From positions 1-40,801 of the forward strand of contig CALMGJ010000028.1 in NCBI GenBank assembly GCA_937863565.1: 40,801 nt of DNA, written 5' to 3'. The DNA is from an uncultured bacterium (GTDB lineage Bacteria > AUK180). Made by a program: the position numbers and the translations under genes. Positions within the stretch are counted from its first letter, which is position 1, and each line of letters begins with the position of its first letter. This document shows positions 20,251 to 29,410 of this stretch, piece by piece. The notes beneath the pieces are model-generated. The model did no database searches and was not told where the DNA came from. It saw only the letters and a list, made by a program, of their open reading frames with translations.

Positions 20251-21193
20251 GTCCTTTCAGATGGTCCTTTATCATCGGGATGATCTTTGAAGCGATTTCC
20301 TCCGGATCCCCTTCCATATATGCTGCGGCGGCGTTCCTGTGGCCTCCCCCGCCGAAAAGGCCTGCAAGGACGTTCAGATCGGTATCATTGTTCCCCCTGA
20401 AGTTTATCCTTACTCTGTCTTTTTCAAACTCGCGGAAGAAAACGAATATCTCCGCATCGCGGAGCGTTCTAAACCAGCTTAAAAGTTCCGAAATATCATC
20501 GTATGTCACATGCGAAGCCCTCAGGGTTTCGTATCTCATCACAAGATAATAGATGTCACCTTCATTCCTCATCGCCCTCACAAGATCCGCGAAAGTCTTG
20601 AAATGGTCCAGCGTCATCGAGATATAGTATTTTTTATAGATTTCGAAGATATTCATATCTTTCAAGAGTACCGAGAAGGCCAGGAATGTCGCGCTGGTGG
20701 CATTATCGTATTTGAGAAAACCGGTATCGCCCAAGATCCCCGTGATGATGCACTTCTTCATGAAAGGATCTATACCGGCACCTTTTCCGTAGAACATATC
20801 GTACAGTATCTCGCAGGTGGACGAACTTTCCGGATGTATTTCATTCTGATCGCCGAAGGCCGTATTCGATTCGTGATGATCGATATTGAACACGTAGGCA
20901 CCGTCCGGGACCTCCATTCTTGCCCTGTCAGGCGAAGTGCAGTCGAGAAAAACTACATTGGAGACAGTCTCCCCCTTGTAGGCATGTTCCTCAAGAAAGG
21001 CTATATGATCCTCGTATCGCGGAGAGATGCTCCCTTCGTATTTGGCGTAGACCCTTTTGTTTTTCGAAGAAAGGTAGGCTACAAGAAATGCCGCCGCCGA
21101 GACGGCATCCGCATCGGGATTGATATGGGGTACCACAAGAAAATCGTTCCTTTTCAGGATCTCATTTCTCGTCTTTTTTATCCTTTTCGTCAT
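20225..21193 (-). CDS. nrnA: DHH/DHHA1 phosphoesterase (NrnA-like nanoRNase/pAp phosphatase)
   Basis: HINPDADA, NIDHH, GILGDTG, GGGGHRNAA; lies between rbfA and truB. Confidence 0.85.
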   Translation of the reverse strand: MTKRIKKTRNEILKRNDFLVVPHINPDADAVSAAAFLVAYLSSKNKRVYAKYEGSISPRYEDHIAFLEEHAYKGETVSNVVFLDCTSPDRARMEVPDGAYVFNIDHHESNTAFGDQNEIHPESSSTCEILYDMFYGKGAGIDPFMKKCIITGILGDTGFLKYDNATSATFLAFSVLLKDMNIFEIYKKYYISMTLDHFKTFADLVRAMRNEGDIYYLVMRYETLRASHVTYDDISELLSWFRTLRDAEIFVFFREFEKDRVRINFRGNNDTDLNVLAGLFGGGGHRNAAAAYMEGDPEEIASKIIPMIKDHLKGHERDTPGR

Positions 21194-21542
21194 CCTTTAT
21201 GCCTTTCAGAAGCCCGTTTATCTTGAAGTAATAATCAGTGGAATCATCATATCTGAAAACGATATCGGGTATGTTCTTTATCCTGAGCTCCTTCCTGATC
21301 CTGTTGAAAATGAACGGAGCGGCATTGTTAAGAGCTTCCACGAGTTTTTTCCTGTCAAGGTCGAGAGAAAAGGTCTCAACGTAAACGTATGCTATCGTGG
21401 AATCTTTGTTCAGCTCAAGATGCTTTATGCTGACGTTCTTAATGCGTTCATCATTGATCTCTCTGAAAATAATATCGTATATATGCCGTTTCAGGAGAGA
21501 ACACAGCTTGTGCTTGTATATTTCAGGATCGCTCCGCGTCAT
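21162..21542 (-). CDS. rbfA: ribosome-binding factor A
   Basis: REINDERI...D...AYVYV...ALNNAAPFI...LRIKNIPDIVFRYDDS; canonical position. Confidence 0.88.
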   Translation of the reverse strand: MTRSDPEIYKHKLCSLLKRHIYDIIFREINDERIKNVSIKHLELNKDSTIAYVYVETFSLDLDRKKLVEALNNAAPFIFNRIRKELRIKNIPDIVFRYDDSTDYYFKINGLLKGIKDDEKDKKDEK

Positions 21543-21817
21543 ACGATATCTCTTTTCACAGCCCTTATCTCAACGGGATATTTATACAGCTCTTCCTTCA
21601 ATTGAGAATCGAAACTGTCCAGTTCGGAATTTCTCATCGCAAGATAACTTACCCAGAGGGTCGCATTCCTAAGCGTACTTCCCTCTTCTTCAAAACGGAT
21701 GCTGGCATTGAATTTGCCGAGCTTCGTTCTCATCGAAGAAAGCACTTTTCTGCGGTCCTTCAGATTATCCGTTCTCTCGGTAATGAACATCTCTATCCTG
21801 TATAAGGCGTTCAGCAT
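21539..21817 (-). CDS. DUF503 (YlxP-like) protein
   Basis: NLKDRRKVLSSMRTKLGKFNASI pattern; lies between infB and rbfA. Confidence 0.75.
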   Translation of the reverse strand: MLNALYRIEMFITERTDNLKDRRKVLSSMRTKLGKFNASIRFEEEGSTLRNATLWVSYLAMRNSELDSFDSQLKEELYKYPVEIRAVKRDIV

Positions 21818-24678
21818 CAGAAGAACTGGTAGAACTCCAGCATGTCTCCGACTTCGATATCGTTGAAATCCTTTATCTTGATACCGAATTCAAGGCCGGC
21901 TTTCACTTCCTTGACATCGTTCTTTTCTCTTTTCAGGGATTCTATCGAGCCTTCGAATACCGTATTGTCCCCTCTTTTGACCTTAATATTGGAGTTCCTG
22001 CTGCAGTATCCTTCCTTCATATAGCATCCGGCGATCTTATTCACTTTCCCTACCGTGAAGATCGCTCTTATCTCGGCATTCCCCACAAGCTCTTCCTTGA
22101 GCTCTTTCTTCACGCCCTTCTCGATAAGGTCTTTCAGGTAATCCTCTATCTCGAAGATCGTATTGAAGAACATTACGGGAACTTTCTGCTTTTCTATGAG
22201 CTTGGCAAGGCCTGAAGGCAGTTTCACTTTAAATCCGATGATCATCGCCTGTGAAGAAGATGCGAGAAAGATATCGTTCTCCGTAATCTCTCCTACGCTC
22301 GAGTGGATGATATTAATGCTCACTTCATTGTGAATGAAGTTCTTGAATATATCGCTGAGAGCGCCCAGTGAACCCATCACATCGGTTTTGAGGACGACCT
22401 TCATCTCTTTGACATCCCCTGAGGCCTGCGCAAAAAGTGCATTAAGGTCAACCTCTTTCTTGCCTTCGAGTTTCGCAACGTTGAGCGCGGCTTTCCTTTC
22501 TTCGGCATTCTCTCTTGCCGTGTGCTCGTCGGCCACAACATAGAAAACATCGCCGGGTTCCGGCAGTTCCGTAAACCCGCACACCTGAACCGGCCGTGAG
22601 GGAAGCGCTGAATTAACACTGTCCCTGTTCGGATCCCACATCATCTTCACTCTGCCGAAGGATGTTCCGCAGACGAAGTTGTCTTTCACCTTCAAGGTCC
22701 CGTTCGTGATGATAACGCTTGCAGTCGGACCGGTCCCTTTGGAAATATTGGAATCGAGAATGAAGCCTGTAGCAGGTTTCGTTTCGTCCGCCCATAAAGG
22801 GAGCTCTCCGGCCTGCAGCTGTACCGCCTCAAGTATTCCTTCGATATTGATCTTCTTCAGGGCAGAGATCTCTACGATCTGGGTTTCTCCGCCGTATTTG
22901 ATATCGAGAAGTTTATGGCCTGCAAGTTCACTCTTCACGACATCGGGCCGGGCGTTGTTCTTGTCTATTTTATTGAGCGCGACGATAATAGGCAATCCGG
23001 CCGCTCTTGCGTGATCGATCGCTTCGATCGTTTGCGGTTGGATACCGTCATCCGCCGCTACGACAAGGATCACTATATCGCAGACCTTCGCACCTCTTGC
23101 TCTCATCGCAGTGAATGCCGAATGTCCCGGGGTGTCGATAAGGCAGAAAGCGCCGTAGGGGGTCTCTATGAAAGAAGCGCCTATGTGCTGAGTGATCCCC
23201 CCGCTTTCCCTTGCCGCCATATTTGTGTTCCTTATAGAATCCAAAAGAGTCGTCTTTCCGTGATCGATATGGCCCATAACGGTAACGATAGGCGGCCTTC
23301 GCTGTCCCTTTTCCTCCATCACCTGTTTAAAATCTTCCTTCTGCGCTTTTACGATCTCGTAATCTGATATTTCGAAAGCCTGACACAAAAGGTCTATCTC
23401 TGACGAAGTAAGCTTCTGCGTTGGAGAGAGCCATACATCATATTCCTTCATCTTTTCGATGAGCTGTGCGGTCGAGATCTTAATGAAAAGCGCGAATTCG
23501 TCGGTAGTGGCCTTTTCCGGTATCTTCAGTTTCGGGGCTGAAGTGTCTTCCGCTGACGACTTGTCCTTCTTCTTATGCTTGACCTTTCTCGGGACCACGG
23601 GTTTCGGGAATGACTTCTCCGCTTCCTTTTCAGCCTCGGTCTTATGTTTCTTCTCGAGTTCGTAAAGCTCGGCATCGATATCGAGATCGTATTCCTTCGA
23701 TAGCATCTTTTTCTCTTTTTTTCTCTTTACTACTGATGCTGCATCTTCCGGTTTCTCGAATTTTTTCTTCTCGGGAAGTTTCTTCCTTCTGTCATCATGA
23801 TCTTTGAAGAGATCTTCGCCGGCGCCCGGTTTGGCGGGCGGTTTTTTCGAAAGAGGCGGTTTTCCGTCCTTGGAGAAAGGCCTTCTGTCTCCCGGGCCGC
23901 CGCCCGTGCGGGGCGCACCGGGATATCTTCCCTTCTCGAAAGGTTTTCTTTCACCTGAATAAGGAGGCCTGCCCGTTTCGGGAGGCCGTCTCGGTTCCTT
24001 GGCCCTCTGCTGCTGTTCGGCGATCTTCTTCTCCCTGTCCAGTTCTTTCTGTTTTGCCCTTTCCTCTTCGTATTTTTTCCTGTCCAGGATCTTCTGCTTC
24101 AGGGCTTCCTGTTTCTTTTTGTCATCCGCTTCTTTTTTTGCCCTTTCCTCTTCTTCTCTGCGGTGGGCATCTTCTTCCTCTTTTAATTTCTTTTCTTCAG
24201 TCGCTTTTCTTTTATCTTCCTCGGCTTTCTTGTCTTCTTCTTCCTTTTTCTGTTTTACGGTCTCTTCTCTTTTCCTGGAAGGAGCTTTTTCCTTCTTGGG
24301 GGCAGGTTTTTCCGCTTCCTTTTTCGAAGCCTTCTTCACCACCTCCTTCTTCGTTTCTTTTTTCGTTTCCTTTGACGGAGTTTTCGAGGTTTCCTTTTTA
24401 GAGGCCTTCTTGTCTTCAGAGACTTTCTTCTCGGGCTTCTTTTTTTCTGTTCTGGGCGCTTCCTTGACAGGTTTTTTTGTAGATTTCACCTCTACCTTCC
24501 GCACTTCCTTCCCAAGAGCCTCTTCTATCTTTTTGCGATAGATCACCTCCATGTTAGCGGGGATCGATTTCGCAGCGTTCTCAAAGCTCTTTTTTGCCTG
24601 CGGAAAGGACTTGAGAAGGATGTCCCTCATTTCCGCATAATCTATTCCGTATTCTTTTGCGAGTTCATATCCGCGCAT
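21817..24678 (-). CDS. infB: translation initiation factor IF-2
   Basis: [29 protein letters not shown] and a long Lys/Glu-rich N-terminus. GAGGTG SD precedes the ATG at 24678. Confidence 0.96.
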   Translation of the reverse strand: MRGYELAKEYGIDYAEMRDILLKSFPQAKKSFENAAKSIPANMEVIYRKKIEEALGKEVRKVEVKSTKKPVKEAPRTEKKKPEKKVSEDKKASKKETSKTPSKETKKETKKEVVKKASKKEAEKPAPKKEKAPSRKREETVKQKKEEEDKKAEEDKRKATEEKKLKEEEDAHRREEEERAKKEADDKKKQEALKQKILDRKKYEEERAKQKELDREKKIAEQQQRAKEPRRPPETGRPPYSGERKPFEKGRYPGAPRTGGGPGDRRPFSKDGKPPLSKKPPAKPGAGEDLFKDHDDRRKKLPEKKKFEKPEDAASVVKRKKEKKMLSKEYDLDIDAELYELEKKHKTEAEKEAEKSFPKPVVPRKVKHKKKDKSSAEDTSAPKLKIPEKATTDEFALFIKISTAQLIEKMKEYDVWLSPTQKLTSSEIDLLCQAFEISDYEIVKAQKEDFKQVMEEKGQRRPPIVTVMGHIDHGKTTLLDSIRNTNMAARESGGITQHIGASFIETPYGAFCLIDTPGHSAFTAMRARGAKVCDIVILVVAADDGIQPQTIEAIDHARAAGLPIIVALNKIDKNNARPDVVKSELAGHKLLDIKYGGETQIVEISALKKINIEGILEAVQLQAGELPLWADETKPATGFILDSNISKGTGPTASVIITNGTLKVKDNFVCGTSFGRVKMMWDPNRDSVNSALPSRPVQVCGFTELPEPGDVFYVVADEHTARENAEERKAALNVAKLEGKKEVDLNALFAQASGDVKEMKVVLKTDVMGSLGALSDIFKNFIHNEVSINIIHSSVGEITENDIFLASSSQAMIIGFKVKLPSGLAKLIEKQKVPVMFFNTIFEIEDYLKDLIEKGVKKELKEELVGNAEIRAIFTVGKVNKIAGCYMKEGYCSRNSNIKVKRGDNTVFEGSIESLKREKNDVKEVKAGLEFGIKIKDFNDIEVGDMLEFYQFF

Positions 24679-24686
24679 ATTACACC

Positions 24687-26000
24687 TCACGCACCAAGAT
24701 TCTGTGAATTTTTCTTAGCAATATCGGAGATCTTCTTGGCAAGTTTCTCATCAATGCCGTCGATATCCATTATATCGTCAAGCGTGAGCTCGGCGATATT
24801 ATCCAGAGTTCCGTATTTTTCCGTGAGCGAGAGGGCTATTTCTTCATTAATGGCCTTGATGGACAGAAGAACGGTACGTGTTTTAAGTTTCGCATTGCGC
24901 TCCCTCTCAAGGATCTCCTTGTATTCGCTTTCTTTCTTTATCTCTATCTGCCAATCGACGAGCTCCGATGTCAGATTTTTATTCGAAGCGTTCTTACCCA
25001 GAGCATGCCCCAGCTGCTTGCTGTCATCGGGGATTATAACGAGTGCTTTTTTCTTCACCTTATTGAGGCTGATCTTAAGGATATTCGTAGGTTTCAGGGA
25101 GTTCTTGATGTAGTCCTCGACATTATTGCTGAATTGGATAACATCTATCTTCTCACCGCCGAGTATATTCTTGATCTCCTTTATCCTTCCGGCCGAAGGT
25201 CCGAGGCAGGCCCCGACGGGGTCCAGTTTCGCTGTCTTGGCAAGAACGGCTATCTTCGTCCTGATACCGGGCTCTCTCACTATCTTCACGATCTCTACGT
25301 AATTTTCCTTGATCTCCGGGATCTGCTGACGGAGGAGTTCCTTCACGAAATTCGTGTCTCTCCTTGAGAGGATGATCCTCTTTTCGCCTTCCTCTTCCTT
25401 GATATCCTTGACGAAAAACTTCAGTTTCTTCCCTATCGTGTAAACATCGGAATAAACGGCCTCTTCATTGGGAAGGAACCCGTATATCCTGTCAAGGTCC
25501 ACTTTGTATCCGAGCATGATCCTGTTCTCTTTATTCTTCCCGATAACCGTCCCGACAACGATCTTTCCAACACGGTTCTCTTCGAAATCCCTGTAAACCT
25601 TCTCCTTTTCCTTGACGGTGAGGCGGTTATTGAAAATCTTCCTGATATTGCTCGCCACAGAGCGTGGAAGCTGTTTGATCCTCAGCGTTTTCTTATAGGT
25701 CTCTCCGAGCACCCTTTTCTTTTCAGGGAGGTCGGGGTCATCTATCGCGATCTCGAGATAAGGGTTTTTAACCTGCTCTACTACCGCTTTATGGAATGAG
25801 ATGCTGATATCGTTCCTCTTTTCGCTGATCTTCACTTCGATCCTCTGAAGATAAATGGGATACAGCTCGTCCTTCGTGCTCCGCCTGCCTTTTTCCATGA
25901 ATCCCAGTTTAATGGAATCCTCGAAGATAGAAATCACATCCTCGAGTTTGATCTCTCGCATTTCCGCGATCTGTTTGAGATGTTTGTATATCTCGTTCAT
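24687..26000 (-). CDS. nusA: transcription termination/antitermination factor NusA
   Basis: S1 domain, IILSR, VREPGIRTKIAV, DPVGAC, GEKIDVI and a C-terminal HhH repeat. GGAGG SD. Confidence 0.92.
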   Translation of the reverse strand: MNEIYKHLKQIAEMREIKLEDVISIFEDSIKLGFMEKGRRSTKDELYPIYLQRIEVKISEKRNDISISFHKAVVEQVKNPYLEIAIDDPDLPEKKRVLGETYKKTLRIKQLPRSVASNIRKIFNNRLTVKEKEKVYRDFEENRVGKIVVGTVIGKNKENRIMLGYKVDLDRIYGFLPNEEAVYSDVYTIGKKLKFFVKDIKEEEGEKRIILSRRDTNFVKELLRQQIPEIKENYVEIVKIVREPGIRTKIAVLAKTAKLDPVGACLGPSAGRIKEIKNILGGEKIDVIQFSNNVEDYIKNSLKPTNILKISLNKVKKKALVIIPDDSKQLGHALGKNASNKNLTSELVDWQIEIKKESEYKEILERERNAKLKTRTVLLSIKAINEEIALSLTEKYGTLDNIAELTLDDIMDIDGIDEKLAKKISDIAKKNSQNLGA

Positions 26001-26056
26001 ATAGCCTCCAATATTATTATCATTATAATTATTGTATTTTAGTTTATTGAAATGAT

Positions 26057-26085
26057 ATTTTATCAGAAAATTTATTTTTTTTCAA
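26057..26085 (-). promoter_or_regulatory. sigma70-type promoter of the nusA-infB operon
   Basis: Minus strand: TTGAAA, 17-nt spacer, extended -10 TGaTAAAAT, in an AT-rich intergenic region. Confidence 0.68.
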
Positions 26086-26217
26086 ATTATTTCTCCTCTT
26101 TGTGCCGGGATTGATCGCGGATATTTCGCTCCGCTCCGTTTGAATTCTCCTTCCGAGCCCTTAATCCAATGATTTAATCAGATATTTGTCCCCTTTCCGG
26201 AGCCCTTTATCGGAGTA

Positions 26218-27240
26218 TTAGAAGTCCCAGAAATTTTCCGAAGAGATCTCTTCGTAGAAACAGGATTTCACATGGAAATTGCTTTTATCGTAGTACCGGC
26301 CCGAACTGCGGATCTTCAGATAATCGAAAAGGTCGATGCATTCGAGACCGAGCGAGGCGAGCTTTGAAGAAATAAAATGTCTTGCCGCTGCAAGATGTTC
26401 CTTTAATTCATCCAGTTCGGCGGCACTGGAGAAGACCTCTTTTCTCAGATCCTCCGTGATCTCCCGGTCGATCTCGGGAAGGGCCGGAATTATAAAAAAT
26501 CTCATTTTAATACCCTTTTCCTTGGCCAGGGCCGCGAATCTCTCGAAAAGCAGGCCCGTTCTTCGCTTTAAAGTCTCAATATCCGTTCTTGAAGCCCTGA
26601 ACTGGTATCCGAACATAAGATCGCTCCATAAATCCGGCCTTGCCAGTTTCCTTTGAAGATTCCTGCTGTATAAAAAAGAATAGAGGAGAAAATACCAGAG
26701 CGGACCATCCCTTTTCAGCTTGGCGGGGGCCGTAATGACCCCGTCATCGCCCATCCACGGTTCATAAAGGCTTTCTTGTGAATTCTGGAACATGTCGTTT
26801 CCCGCATAAATGAAGATCATGGCTTTCTTAAGCCCGTATTCTTCCGCGCATTTTTTAAGAAGTATATACTCCTGAACCCCCGAGAACGAAATACAGGACG
26901 CATTGACGAATGGGGTTCCGAAGCGCTTCTCAAGAAAGCTGTTTATTAAACTCTCATTTCTCGAGAAAAGGTCCACCTGGGAATCCCCGAAGATAAAGAC
27001 GGCATTGCCGTAGTCTTCGGTCTTCCCGTTACGGAATCCCTCGCTGTTGGTGCTGACGAAACCTTTTGAATCACTGTCGAAGAACTTCAATCCCCTGTTA
27101 TGAAAAAATCCCGTTCCTGCGCGCGGGACCGTGAATTGATAGCCTTTCTTTCCGGGTTTTATCCAGGGAAGCATGACTAGGTTCAGCAGAATATTGAGCG
27201 TGATGAAGGCACAAAGGATAAAAAGTGATCTGCGGATCAT
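26218..27240 (-). CDS. membrane-anchored SGNH/GDSL hydrolase-like protein
   Basis: N-terminal TM, TNSEGFR, block I FGDS, block III AGND and a C-terminal His (SNFH). Confidence 0.65.
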   Translation of the reverse strand: MIRRSLFILCAFITLNILLNLVMLPWIKPGKKGYQFTVPRAGTGFFHNRGLKFFDSDSKGFVSTNSEGFRNGKTEDYGNAVFIFGDSQVDLFSRNESLINSFLEKRFGTPFVNASCISFSGVQEYILLKKCAEEYGLKKAMIFIYAGNDMFQNSQESLYEPWMGDDGVITAPAKLKRDGPLWYFLLYSFLYSRNLQRKLARPDLWSDLMFGYQFRASRTDIETLKRRTGLLFERFAALAKEKGIKMRFFIIPALPEIDREITEDLRKEVFSSAAELDELKEHLAAARHFISSKLASLGLECIDLFDYLKIRSSGRYYDKSNFHVKSCFYEEISSENFWDF

Positions 27241-28556
27241 TTCTTTCCGGTCAAGAAGTCGATCTGGGCCTTTTGGACCGTGATCCCCGTATCTTCCGCT
27301 TTCAGCCCGAGCACATCCGCCATGAACGCGTCCATGGCCACGCTTATCTTCCCGCTGTCGCCCGGGTTCCCGTAGAATAGAATATTTTTCTTATCTCTCA
27401 GATCCTCTTTCATTTTATTGAAGAATTCCGGCGTCATTTCGCATACGACCACATTATTTTTGTACGGCGATTTCATGTACACCATTTCAACCGTGATCCT
27501 GCCTTTACGCAGAAGCTCCCTTTCCGTGCCGTCATTGATCACGGCGCACTTGGCTTTCGTCGCTCTGATGAAGCATCCGGCCGTGAAAGCTGCGGAGTCA
27601 GCAAAACCAGATAAACTTTCTTCAAGGACGCCTATGACCTTTCTTCCTTCTTTATTGTACTTTTTATCCAGTTTTCTGATCTTCGATCCAAGAGGATCCT
27701 TCCCTGTTCTCTTTTCAATATTTACAAGTATCTGTTCCCCTGAAGCGATCTTCTTCGTCGCATCGTCTATAACGAGCGTGATGTGCCCTAAATCGGTCAG
27801 ATAACACCCGGCTTCGAATATTCTCTCTCCCGAATCGCCTTTGAATACAGACGATGAACGCGCATGGTCATGTCCGGATATGAGAAGATCGATCTCCGGC
27901 GCGGCCCCAAGGACCTTCCTGTCGAATTCGGTGCCGTTATGAGAACCGAGGATCAGGATATCGCAGAAGGGCCTTACTTCGGCCACTTTCTCCTCGACAG
28001 CTTCAAGAGGAGCAAGAAAAACAATGTCTTCCCAGCCCTTAAAAGAGGAGAGATATTCCGTGTCGCCGCAGAATGAAAGTCCCATGATGCAGAATTTTAT
28101 CCCCTTTCTTTCAAGGAAAACGTACGGCGCGTCGCCGATGAGATCATCGCCCTTTTTTATATTGATCACGAGCATGGGCGCTTTCAGCAGCTCCCTGAAT
28201 TTCAAGTACTGATCGAAGTTCTCCTTGAGCTCATTGTTCCCCGGTATGAACGCATCGTATCCGAGTAGATCGAAGAGCATGAATGTCGCCTCTCCGCCCG
28301 AGTTCTTATCGATAAAATCCCCTTTGTGCACAAGATCGCCCGTGTCCATCAGGATATCGCATTTCCCGGCAGCCCTGAGATCCTTGAGATATAAACAGTA
28401 ATTGGAGAATCCGCCCGTTCCGTCCGCATAACATTTAATATGCCCGTGGATATCGTTCGTGTGCACAATGTACACTTCGGAGGTATTTTCCTGCGAACCC
28501 GCCGTGAAAGCGGCAGTAAAAAGGGCAAAACCTAAGAATAATGTGCGGAATATCAT
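27237..28556 (-). CDS. exported calcineurin-like metallophosphoesterase / 5'-nucleotidase family protein
   Basis: Signal peptide, HTNDIHG, DTGD, GNNE (usually GNHE), SHNG, SGHDH, and a C-terminal 5'-nucleotidase-like domain (INDGTER...PYKN). Confidence 0.82.
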   Translation of the reverse strand: MIFRTLFLGFALFTAAFTAGSQENTSEVYIVHTNDIHGHIKCYADGTGGFSNYCLYLKDLRAAGKCDILMDTGDLVHKGDFIDKNSGGEATFMLFDLLGYDAFIPGNNELKENFDQYLKFRELLKAPMLVINIKKGDDLIGDAPYVFLERKGIKFCIMGLSFCGDTEYLSSFKGWEDIVFLAPLEAVEEKVAEVRPFCDILILGSHNGTEFDRKVLGAAPEIDLLISGHDHARSSSVFKGDSGERIFEAGCYLTDLGHITLVIDDATKKIASGEQILVNIEKRTGKDPLGSKIRKLDKKYNKEGRKVIGVLEESLSGFADSAAFTAGCFIRATKAKCAVINDGTERELLRKGRITVEMVYMKSPYKNNVVVCEMTPEFFNKMKEDLRDKKNILFYGNPGDSGKISVAMDAFMADVLGLKAEDTGITVQKAQIDFLTGKK

Positions 28557-29410
28557 GAATTCAAGAACTCTAAGAGCATATCCCTGTTCTTGAGAGCCGT
28601 GTTCTCTCCGAGAAGAATGATCTCCTTCGACTTGGTGAAGTCGAGGAGGTGGTATTCGTCAGTGGGTATATCAAGGCAGAAACGGGGTTTATAGATCTCT
28701 TTCTCATTCTGGATAAGCTGCCATTCCAGGAAATTCAGATTGTTCACAGCCACTTCCAGAAGCGCAGGGGCAGGTGCCGATCTCGGGTTTTTCTTGATGA
28801 AGTGGAAACGGTTCGTCATCACATCGGAGAATTCGTGCCGCGTCGGTTTGCTTACCACATTGATTACAAGCATGTCCGTGAACCCTCTTTCCACGGCAGG
28901 CTTTATCGGCAGCGGTTCCGCAACGGCACCGTCCACATAGTAATCGGATTTGATCTTGTAAGGATCAAGGATCACGGGGATGCTCATACTCGCCCTCAAG
29001 GCATTGACCAAAGGACCGCGTTCGAAATATTCTTCCCGGGAACGCGAATAATTGAAGGCGCAGCACATGAACTTCGTTTTAAGGTCCTCTATTTTCTTCT
29101 TTTTAAAAAAGCCGGACATGAAACGCTCTATTTTCTTTCCGCTGACAAAGCCTGAAACAGGTATATGGAGAGTAAAGAGTTTGAGCCAATCATGAGTGGA
29201 CATCCCGGTGATGGTGCGGTATACCGAGTCGATGTTCTTGCAATCCGCCATCAGAGCGCCGATGAATGCGCCCATTGAAGTGCCCGAGATGAAATCGGCC
29301 TTCTTGAAGCCCATGTCGCAAAGGGTCTTCCAGACCCCTAAATGCGCGAGCCCCCTGGCACCGCCGCTTCCCAGAATTACCGCTTTTTTATTTTTGAGTG
29401 CAGCACACAT
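28553..29410 (-). CDS. patatin-like phospholipase (RssA/NTE type)
   Basis: LGSGGARGLAHLGV, GTSMG, ALRASMSIP, YVDGA. Confidence 0.88.
   Translation of the reverse strand: MCAALKNKKAVILGSGGARGLAHLGVWKTLCDMGFKKADFISGTSMGAFIGALMADCKNIDSVYRTITGMSTHDWLKLFTLHIPVSGFVSGKKIERFMSGFFKKKKIEDLKTKFMCCAFNYSRSREEYFERGPLVNALRASMSIPVILDPYKIKSDYYVDGAVAEPLPIKPAVERGFTDMLVINVVSKPTRHEFSDVMTNRFHFIKKNPRSAPAPALLEVAVNNLNFLEWQLIQNEKEIYKPRFCLDIPTDEYHLLDFTKSKEIILLGENTALKNRDMLLEFLNS

Noticed and set aside
23999..24541. Ser/Phe-rich + strand ORFs and repeat-like DNA
   Set aside because: These are the antisense shadow of the Lys/Glu-rich IF-2 N-terminus, not a gene or repeat array.
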